Assembly: GCA_013001905.1 (NCBI GenBank)
Contig: JABDLC010000102.1
Location: forward strand, 279-64,278
Direction: 5' to 3'
DNA: 64,000 nt
DNA from: Gammaproteobacteria bacterium
GTDB taxonomy: Bacteria; Pseudomonadota; Gammaproteobacteria; Steroidobacterales; GCA-2729495
Shown: piece after piece, positions 30,401 to 61,900 of the stretch
How positions within the stretch are numbered: position 1 is the stretch's first letter
Layout: every line of letters starts with the position of its first letter
Made by a program: the position numbers and the translations under genes
The notes under the pieces: model-generated
Seen by the model: only the letters and a program-made list of their open reading frames with translations
The model's database searches: none
What the model was told of the DNA's origin: nothing

Positions 30401-33400
30401 GGGCTATATCGATCGACACATCGTCATGCACAATCTGATGTGCTGCTTCTCCCGCACCACTGAAACGAGTGCGCAGCGTTTCATGTCGGGTCATTAACTG
30501 GCTGATCGCAACTTGCAGTGCGGGCACATCAATTTCGCCCGTCAACTCAACTGCCACCGGAAAGTTGTACGCGGGATTGCCCGGTTCAAGTTGATCAAGA
30601 AACCACAACCGTTGCTGCGCAAACGACAGCGGCACGGGTGAGCCGGGCTCCGCATGACGACGCGGAATCTGTTCTGACGGATGGAGAGCCGAAGTATTGG
30701 CATCGGATGCGTCCAGCAGCCCGGCGAATTCAGCAACCGACGGCCGCTCGAACAGGCTGATGAGCGGCACCTCGCGCCCGGTTGCATCGCGTACACGCGA
30801 AATCAGCTGGGTGGCAAGCAGCGAATGTCCGCCGAGGCTGAAAAAATCATCGTGGATACCGACCCGGCTCACGCCGAGCACATCGGCCCAGATGCCGGTC
30901 AGTGTCTCTTCGACAGGGGTGCGCGGCGCGACGTACTGCTGAGCCCCGTCTCCATAGTCGGGTACCGGGAGAGCCCGCCGTGCGACCTTGCCACTGGGCG
31001 TCAGCGGTAACTCAGGAAGTACGACGAGAATCGACGGCACCATGTAGTCCGGCAGCCGGGATTTCAGCCACGTGCGTGCGTCATCGGTGTCGACTGTGCC
31101 CGTCAGGTAGGCGACCAGCCGTCGGTCGCCGGGATTGTCTTCGCGCAGCATCACGACAGCCTGGCCGACATCGGGATGGCCGCTCAGGACAGATTCGATC
31201 TCGCCCGGTTCGATGCGGAAGCCGCGCCACTTTACCTGATCATCCGTGCGGCCGAGGTATTCCAGATTACCGTCAGCGAGAAAGCGCACGCGGTCGCCCG
31301 TGCGGTACAGACGGTCGTTGGCATTACGGCTGTACGGGTCCGGCAAAAAACGTTCTTCTGTCAGTTCCGGTTGATGCAAATAGCCGCGCGCAATCTGAGC
31401 GCCACCCAGATACAGCTCGCCCGGCACACCGATCGGCACCGGTTCACGATGCTCGTCAAGCACATAGGCGGTCGTATTCGCGACGGGGGTGCCGATGGGT
31501 GGCAGCGGCATCCAGTCGGCCGCATCCCCCGACAGCGTGTATGCGGTTGTCACATGTGTTTCGGACGGGCCGTAGTGATTATGCAGGCGTGCGTTACCGA
31601 GCCTGCCGAACAGCGTCCGAATTGCGGGCGTGATTTGCAACTGCTCGCCGGCGACGATGATATCTGTGACGCAAAAGTCGCCGACATCGATTGCCGCATC
31701 GCTCACTGCGAGCACATCAGCAAGTGGCTGCAGCGCCGCGAAGGGCAGAAACAGCCGCTCAATCCGCTGATCCCTGATGCAGCGTGCCAGTGCCGGCATG
31801 TCGCGACGGGTTGCTTCGTCAACCAGCACAATGCAACCGCCCTGTGCCCAGGTCGTGAACAGTTCCTGAAAGCTGACGTCAAAACTCAGCGAAGCAAATT
31901 GCAGTGTGTTTGCCGGCGTATCCAGCCCGGGCTGGTTTGACTGCCACTGTATGAGATTGCTGAGATTGCGCTGTGTCAGCTCGACGCCCTTCGGTTTACC
32001 GGTTGAGCCGGACGTATAGATCACATATACCGAGCCATCGCTGTAATTGGCAGCATCCGGGTCTTCGCCGCGCCGGTTCTCTCGGTCCAGGTCAATCTGG
32101 TCCAGGTCAATCTGGTCCAGCAGCAGTATCTCGGCCTGGGTGTCAGGCAAAGTTGCCGCGATATCTGACTGAGTGATCAGCAGCGTCGCCTGTGAGTCCG
32201 CCAGCATCGTCGCAATGCGCTCGGCCGGGTAGTGCGGGTCGATCGGCACGTAAGCGGCGCCGCTTTTCAGTGTGGCCAGTACCGCCACCGCGGTGTCTAT
32301 CCCGCGGTGTGCGCAGATGCCCGCCAGTCGGCCCGTTCCCGCGCCCTTATCCCGCAACTGGCCTGCCAGCTTGTTGGCGCGAACGTTCAGTTCCCGATAA
32401 CTGAGTGTGCGGTCACCGAAACTGATTGCCGGCGCATCGGGTGTCCGGGCAACTTGTTGCGTGACGAGTTCATGCACAGCGAGCGGCTGCGTCTCGGACG
32501 CCGTCCTATTAAAGTCGCTCAGCACCTGATTGCGTTCATCCGGGCCCATGAGCGGGGCGCGCATGACGGGTTGCTCAGGGTTGGCGACGACGGAGCGCAA
32601 CAGCAGCTCAAAATGATCGAGCATGCGGCCTATGGTGGCTGTGTCGAACAGGTCGGTGTTGTATTCGATCAGTGCGGACGCGCCGTCATTAAGCTCAGTA
32701 ACAAACAGTGTGAGGTCGAATTTGGCTGTGCCCGTATCCAGTACGAGGCTCTCGGCCTGTAAATCTGCAAACGGCAGCCCCTTGCCTGCGCCGTGATGCA
32801 GAACAAACATGACCTGAAAGAGCGGTGAGTAGCTCGTCGAGCGCTCGGGGTGCAGTTCTTCCACGAGTTTTTCAAAGGGCAGATCCTGATGTGCAAACGC
32901 ACCGAGGCTGGCTTTCTTGACCTGCGCGAGCAGTTCCGCAAACGTCGGGTCATGCTCCAGGCTGATGCGCATGCCGACTGTGTTGACGAAGAAGCCGATC
33001 AGCCCTTCGAGCTCGGTGCGTTTGCGGCCCGCGATCGGTGTGCCTATCACCAGATCAGGGGCTGCTGCCCAGCGTGACAACAACGTCGCGAAAGCAGCCA
33101 GGTAGAGAATGAATTGTGTGCATCCTGCCTGCTGCGCCAGAGCTTTCAGCCCGTCGGCCAGCTGCGCATCAATGGGCCGCTCGAGTGTTGCGCCCGCATG
33201 GGTCTGGATGCGCGGGCGTGGTCGGTCGAGCGGCAGCTCGAGCAATTCCGGAGCGTCTGCGAGGTGTTCGCGCCAATACCGGAGTTGCGTCTCCAGTTCG
33301 TCGCCGCTGAGCCATTCATGCTGCCACTCCGCGTAATCGGCGTACTGAACCGGGAGCTCAGGAAGCTCCGGCTCGCGATCGTTGTGCGCACATTCGTAGA

Positions 33401-33905
33401 ATGCGACAAGTTCGCGGTACAGCACATCAAGCGACCATGCATCGGCAATGATGTGATGGATGACCAGCAGCAGTACATGCTCGTCGTCGTTCCGTCGCAG
33501 CAGATGCACCCGCAGCAAGGGGCCGCGTGCGAGATCAAACGGTTCCGCCGCAAATGATCGCAGCATTGCCATTTCATCCTGGGCGCCGCATTCGCTTTGC
33601 ATAACCGGCACGGGAGAAGGTGCTTCAGCGATGACCTGAATCGTCTCCTGATCGACCGCATCAAACGTGGTGCGCAGCGTTTCATGTCTGGCAACCAGTT
33701 GGTTCACCGCCGTTTGCAATGCGCTGACGTCAAGGTCACCACGCAAGCGGAACGCCATATTGATGTTGTAGACCGGGCTGCCCGGTTCAAGCTGATCCAG
33801 AAACCACAGGCGTTGCTGCGCGAACGATGCCGCCGCCTCGAACTCTCCGGCGTCGTTATTCGCGTCGTTCAGTGCATCGACTGACGTGTGGGTAGATTCA
33901 GTCAT
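27435..33905 (-). CDS. NRPS C, 2 modules: C-A-T-C-A-T-acidic docking tail
   Basis: 2156-aa ORF. ATG lies 3 nt after the stop of ORF B. Two HHxxxD C domains and two A domains. Carrier Ser codons at 30822-24 and 27624-26. Confidence 0.98.
27438..27482 (-). other. Acidic C-terminal docking tail of NRPS C (ATEAEDDEDREEFEL)
   Basis: Extension after the last carrier domain. It shares the D-R-E-E-F-x-[IL]-stop ending with the NRPS A tail. Confidence 0.65.
27447..27452 (-). promoter_or_regulatory. Shine-Dalgarno GAGGAG for NRPS D, embedded in the REEF codons of the NRPS C tail
   Basis: Minus strand reads CGCGAGGAGTTCGAGCTGTGA: GAGGAG, 8 nt, then the GTG start overlapping the TGA stop. Confidence 0.6.
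27486..30640 (-). other. NRPS module C2: C(LCL)-A-T, code DVQYIAHVTK (Pro-like)
   Basis: HHIVSDGWS, FDVSFQE, VYLPFAAL, VIVAGEQ, HNHYGPSETHVTTA, GGHSLL (Ser 27624-26). Confidence 0.8.
30690..33830 (-). other. NRPS module C1: C(LCL)-A-T, code DVQFIAHVTK (Pro-like)
   Basis: ASFAQQRLWFLDQ, HHIIADAWS, FDVSFQE, LFLPFAAL, IIVAGEQ, HNHYGPSETHVTTA, GGHSLL (Ser 30822-24). Confidence 0.8.
32084..32120 (-). repeat. In-frame 15-bp tandem repeat, about 2.5 copies (ggtccaggtcaatct), encoding DQIDL-DQIDL-D
   Basis: Units at 32084-32098 and 32099-32113, partial unit at 32114-32120. It lies in the variable loop between A-domain cores A2 and A3 of module C1. Confidence 0.95.
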
Positions 33906-33908
33906 GCG

Positions 33909-55724
<21,816 letters not shown>

Positions 55725-55744
55725 TTCTGGCTTCTACTGCCAAG

Positions 55745-55767
55745 CTATTGCTTGCAATAGTTTTTTT
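55745..55767. promoter_or_regulatory. Perfect inverted repeat CTATTGC-TT-GCAATAG followed by T7 on the plus strand, 21-36 nt upstream of the NRPS B start
   Basis: Arms at 55745-51 and 55754-60, T-run at 55761-67. It reads as hairpin+U7 only on the strand antisense to the NRPS. Confidence 0.35.
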
Positions 55768-55907
55768 CTTGTCCTTGTCGGTCCTGCGGGTGCTTCCTGC
55801 GCAGTGCTGAATGCACCTAGAAGTCTACCCGTAAGTACCCGTCAGGCAAGGTTTCAGGCCCGCTTTTGCACCGCTGTGGCGCACGGGCCGCCAAAATAGC
55901 TACCATC

Positions 55908-55929
55908 AGACTTTATGAAAGTCTCATAA
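55908..55929. promoter_or_regulatory. Two overlapping, mutually exclusive perfect inverted repeats in an AT-rich patch after the NRPS A stop
   Basis: AGACTTT-ATG-AAAGTCT (55908-55924) and TTATGA-AAGTC-TCATAA (55913-55929). The surrounding 60 nt (55901-55960) contain only 17 G/C. Confidence 0.35.
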
Positions 55930-55979
55930 ACTCTTGTAATTAATTTGAAATTTTGCCGTAACGCGATTCCGGCATGGCG

Positions 55980-58900
55980 TCAGATGCGAAACTCTTCCCG
56001 GTCGCTGTCATCGACTTCGGGCGCCTCGGTGCGCACCTTTTGCAGGGTTGCGATGGCTGCCGCGAGGCGGGCCGGTGTGGGGTAGCGAAACAGGTATTTC
56101 AACGGCAGGTTGGCGCCGTAGGCATCGCGCACCCGGGCGATGACTTTCGTCGCCAGCAACGAGTGGCCGCCGAGCGCAAAAAAGTCGTCTTCAACACCGA
56201 CTTGTCCGGCGTCCAGAACGCGGGTCCAGATTTCACAAATCTGTGTTTCTATATCGTTTCGGGGTGCGACATAGTCGCGGTTCTCAAGGTCGGCAGCAGC
56301 CGGTGCGGGCAGTCGCCGGCGGGCGATCTTGCCGCTCGGGGTCAGCGGCATTGCATCCAGCACGACAAAAACACCGGGAACCATGTAATCCGGCAGGCGT
56401 GCCTGCAATGATGACTTCAGTGCGGGGACATCGGGTGCGGCGCCTTCAGCAGGCGTAAGGTACGCGACCAGCCGTTTCATGCCCGGTGAATCTTCCCTGA
56501 GCATCACGACGGCATGTTGCACGCTGTCGATTTCGGTCAGCGCCGCTTCGATCTCACCGGGCTCGACCCGGAAGCCTCGCCATTTGATCTGATCATCTGC
56601 ACGGCCCAGGAATTCGAGTTGCCCGTCGGCCAGCCAGCGTGCCCGGTCACCGGTGCGGTACATCCGCTCATCTGCGCCGAAGGGATCGGTAGTGAATTTC
56701 TCGCGATTCAGTTCCGGCCGGCCGAGATAGCCGATCGCGACCTGCGCACCGGCCAGATAAAGTTCGCCCGGAATACCCACAGGCAGAGGTTCACCCCGTT
56801 CATCCAGCACGTAGCAACGCGTGTTCGCTACCGGAAAGCCTATCGACGGCAGGGCGGGCCACATGGCGGCATCACCGGACAGTGTCAGTGCGGTAACCAC
56901 GTGCGTTTCTGACGGGCCGTACTGATTGTGGAGCGCGGCAGCCGGCAGTGTTGCGAATAACGCGCGCACCTCCGGGCTGACCTGCAATTGTTCGCCCGCG
57001 ACCACGATATCCTGCAGCGCGCAGTCTGCGCCGGTACTGACCAGCGTTTCCGCAATCGGCTGAAATGCCGCGTAGGGCAGGTACAGGCGTTCAATACGGT
57101 CGGCGGCGATGAAGCCGGCCAGTGCGGTCAGATCCTGACGCAATTCTTCGTCAATCATGACCAGCGTGCCGCCGTTCGACCAGGTGCTGAACAGTTCCTG
57201 AAAACTGACATCGAAGCTGAAGGAGGCAAACTGCAGTGTGCGGGCCGGCGCGCGCAGGCGTTCATGCTGCAACTGCCACTGCAGCAGATTGGCGAGCCCG
57301 CGGTGCGTCAGCTGCACGCCTTTGGGTTTGCCGGTCGAGCCGGACGTGTAGATGCAGTACAGCGGGTCATCGGGTGTCGCCAGCGACGGCAGGTTGTCAG
57401 TCTGTGGCGTCAGTTCGAGCTGATCGAGCAGCATGACCGGCACGCTGTCGCTGGCGATGGCTACATCACCGCGGCTAAGTAGTAGCAATGCTCCGCTGTC
57501 CGCAAGCATTGCGCTGATGCGTTCCGCCGGGAAATTCGGATCAACGGCCACATAGCACGCACCGGACTTCAGCACGGCCAGTGCGGCAATAGCGAGTTCG
57601 GGGGAGCGGCTGCAACTGATCGCGATGTTGATGCCGGGCTGCGCACCGCGTTTGCGTAACTCAGCCGCCAGTGCGTTGGCCCGGGCGTTCAGCTCGCGAT
57701 AGCTCAGTTGCGCCCTGCCAAAACAGACAGCCGTGGTATCCGGCGTCCGCGCGACCTGTGCTTCCACCAGTTCGTGCACGCACAGATCGGCGCCGAATGA
57801 AATTGCGGTATCGTTGAACTCGGTGACAACGCGCTTGCGCTCATCGGCGGCGAGCAGCGTAAATTCCCTGAGTGGCTGACGGGGTGAGCTCGTGACTTGT
57901 TGCAGCAGCGCAACGTAACGGTCGAGCAACCGTTCGACGGTCGCGGCGCTGAACAACTCGGTGCTGTATTCCGCACCAATTTCAATGCCCTCATCATCGC
58001 GCGTTACGGCGAGCGTCAGATCGAACTTGGCGGTGTCGTGACTGACGAGCGTCGCGGGTTCAGTCTCCAGCCCCGGCAGTTGCAGTGCCGAGCCACGACT
58101 GTCCTGCCAGATAAACATGTGCTGAAACACGGGTGTGTGGCTCATGTCGCGGTCCGGTTGCAGCTCCTCGACCAGCTTCTCGAATGGCAGGTCCTGATGG
58201 TCGTACGCATCCAGCGCCGTCTTCCGGACCTGCTGCAGGAAATCGCTGAACGACTGTGAGCCATCGGTATCAACCCGCAGCGCCAGCGTGTTCAGGAAGA
58301 AGCCAATCAGGTTCTCAAACTCGGTGCGCTGGCGCCCTGATATCGGTGTGCCGATGACGACATCGGTTTCGTTGGCGTAACGGCTTAGCAGCATCGCGAA
58401 GGTTGCAAACCCCAGCATGAAGAGTGTCGCACCGGACTCGCCGGCCAGCGTTTCCAGCGGCTCGACTAGCGAGGCGGGCAGTCTTCGTGCGGTCCAGTGT
58501 CCTGCAAACCCGGGTTCCGGCGGGCGCGGAAAGTCCAGTGGCAATTCAAGCACGGGTGGGGCGTCACGCAGTTGTTCGCGCCAGAACTCGAGGTGTGTTT
58601 CCGCTGCGCCGCCGGCTAACAACTTGCGCTGCCAGACCGCATAGTCGCCGTATTGCACGGGCAATGCGGCCGGTGCTGTGCCGTTGCCGGAATGCACACC
58701 GTACAGTTCGCCGAGCTCGCGGAAGAACACGTCCATCGACCATAAATCGCTGACGATGTGATGAATCACCAGTACCAGCAGGTGCGTATCGTCAGTAGCG
58801 CTGATGACGTGCAGCCGGAGCAGCGGGCCTGTCTCAAGACTGAAACCGATGCGCGCGAGTTCACTGGCGCGCGTCTGCTGCGCGGTTGTATCGGCGACGT

Positions 58901-61900
58901 CTTCCCATGCGATCGTGACAGGCAGCTGATCGACAACCTGTTGCACCGGGTTGTCATCGATGCGAACAAACTGCGTACGCAATGATTCATGTCGAGCGAT
59001 CAGATCGTCGAGTGCGTTCTGCAGTGCTGCGCGGTCGATGTGGCCGCGGGTGCGCAGTGCGAACGGCATGTTGTATACGGCAGTGCCCGGCTCGAGTTCA
59101 TCAAGGAACCACAGCCGTTGTTGCGCGAACGACAGCGGCAGCGGCTGAGTGCGGTCAGCAATGGCGAGTTCCGGACCTGCGTCGATGTCGCCTGCGTCCG
59201 GTGCCGCACCCAGCGCAGCGGCGAGGCCCGCTACAGTGGGATGATCGAACAGACTGTTCAGCGGCACGGCAACGCCGAATGCGTCACGGATGCGGGATAC
59301 CAGCTGCGTCGCCAGAAGCGAGTGTCCGCCCAGGCCGAAAAAGTCATCCAGTACGCCGACCTGATCAACGCCAAGCAGATCCTCCCAGATAGCCGCCAGT
59401 TGCTCTTCGGTGGTATTGCGCGGCGGCGTGTAAATTTCTGTGGATACGTGTTCCGGCGCCGGCAATGCGTTGCGATCAATTTTGCCGTTGGGTGTAAGCG
59501 GCAGTGCATCCAGCACCATGTAAGCGGCGGGCACCATGTATTCAGGCAGTGTGCGGCGCAGGTGTTCTTTCAGTGCCGGCACCAGACTACGCTGTATACG
59601 CCCCTGCATCGGGTTGTTACAACATTGCTCCAGCGTAATATCACGCGCCGGCAACAGCAGGCGCGCATCCACGGTGGGGTCGCTGGTCAGCAGGGCATTG
59701 AAACGACCCGGTGATGTGCCGATCAGCTGTGCATGCACGCCGTGTTTATTCGCCAGCGCGTATATGTCTTCGGCATGCAGCCCGTGCGGCGTTGCGGAGC
59801 TGATGCGCTCGCGCAGTTCGCCCACTGTCGTCGTGGCCGCGTCTTGCGAGTTTACGCTGGTGAGTGTGATGACTTCGGGTTGCAACCGTGCGTCGGCGAT
59901 ACCGGTCAGCAACAAATCGTCACTGCCTCGCTCCCGCAGTATCGTGTCGAGCCAGTCGGCATCGTTGGCTGACTGCCAGTCCAGGCGCCGTGGCTCACTG
60001 GCCGCGGCGGGCTCGTCCATAGTCAACACCGCGTCGTAACGGAAACAGCTCATCTCATTGCGGTTGGTGCCCCGTTTTAACTGCAGTTCAATACGGCGAA
60101 GCCGCGGCAACTTCTGCGCAATTGCAACGAACAATGCCGGGTCAATCAGCAGCTCTTCCTCGCCGTCGACACGTTGCCGGATTCGTTCACCCAGTGCCAG
60201 CAGATCGAGGTTGTCCTCGGCCTGCCAGAGCTGCACAGAAGCATGGTATGACTCGAGCAGCGGCAGGGCCCGCAAGTCACCGAGAAACAGGCTGCCGCCC
60301 GGACTGAGTAACTCAGCTGCGTTGCGGATGACGTTGAGCAGGTAACGCTGTTCCGGAAAGTACTGTGCGACGGAATTAATGATGATGACGTCAAACTTTT
60401 CGCCACGGACCTGCTCGAGTTGATCAGCGCCCAGCTGACGTGCTTCAACATGGCCGAGGTCTTCAAAGCTGTCGCGCAAATGATGAATGGCGGCGATCGA
60501 CGCGGGCGAGAAATCAAGTGCCAGATAGCGGGCCGTTTCCGGTGCAACACGTGCAACGACGAGGCCGGTGCCGCAACCGACTTCCAGTACGCGTTCCGGT
60601 TGCAGAGTGTTAATTCGTGCCGCCGTCGCATCTATCCATTCGCGCATCTGCGGCGCGGGTATCTGCTCGCCGGTGTAGCTGCTCGACCACCCGGAAATAT
60701 TGAAGCGCGGATCGATGGGCTGGCCTTCGACGTACGCGTTTTGCCAAAGGTCACGCCACTGATCGAGTTGCTCGTTACGAAGCTGTTCCAGTTCGGCTTC
60801 GCTCGCGCCGTCTGCTTCGGTAATCAGGTAGCCAACCAGTCGTTTCTCACCTTCGCGATCTTCGCGGGCGCTGACGACTGCCTGACTGACCAAAGGGTAT
60901 TCCGCCAGTGCGGTTTCGATCTCGCCGAGCTCAATACGGTAGCCGCGCACCTTGACCTGATTGTCGTTGCGCCCGAGGCATTGAATCTCGCCGTTGTCGA
61001 GATAGCGGGCCAGATCGCCGGTGCGATAAAGCAGGCTGCCGTCAGGGTCAAAAGGATTGTCAATAAACCGCTCTGCCGTCAGTTCGGGCCGGTTGAGGTA
61101 ACCCCGTGCGACGCCGTCGCCCGCTATGCACAGTTCGCCCGGCACACCGGGAGGTACGGAGCGGAGTTGTTCATCGACGATGTAAACCTGCGTGTTGGCG
61201 ATGGGTCGGCCGACGATAATAGGGCCGTCCGTGCCGACCTTGCTGACAGTGGACCAGATCGTGGTTTCAGTAGGCCCGTACATGTTCCAGAGTTGCGAGC
61301 ACAGCGGCAGCAGCCGGTCTGCCAGTTCGCGCGGCAACGCCTCGCCACCGCAGAGTATTTTCAGATCGGCTTTGCCGGGCCATTCGGCGTTCAGTAACAG
61401 CTGCCAGGTGGCAGGTGTGGCCTGCATAACGGTCGCATTACTGTCACTGATGAGTTGTGCGAGTCGCGCGCCGTCTGCCGCTGTCTCCTTGTCGGCAATG
61501 ATCAGTCGTGCGCCGTTAAACAGCGGCAGCAACAATTCCATTACCGCGATATCGAACGACAGCGTTGTAACGGCGACCAGCGTGTCGTCCGCGCTGATGC
61601 CGGGCTGCTCTGCCATGCTGGTCAGGAAGTTCACGACACCGCGATGCTCCAGCTGCACGCCCTTCGGCAGGCCGGTCGAGCCGGAGGTGTAGATCACGTA
61701 GGCGAGATCGCGCGTCGTACCCGGAGTCTCCGGATCGCTGTCGGGTTGTCGTGCGAGTTCGTCGCGGCGTTCGTCGAGACAGAGTGTCAGTGGCGGCGTC
61801 CGCTCCAGATCGCCGACCCGCGTCGATTGTGTCAGCAAACCGGCAAGATTCGCATCATCAATCATGTAACTAATGCGATCGGCCGGGAATAACGGGTCCA

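Noticed and set aside
55745-55767. Hairpin plus T7 as the intrinsic terminator of NRPS A, separating A and B into different operons.
   Set aside because: The U-run follows the stem only on the plus strand. On the NRPS (minus) strand it reads A7 followed by the hairpin, which is not a terminator. The stem is also short and AT-rich.
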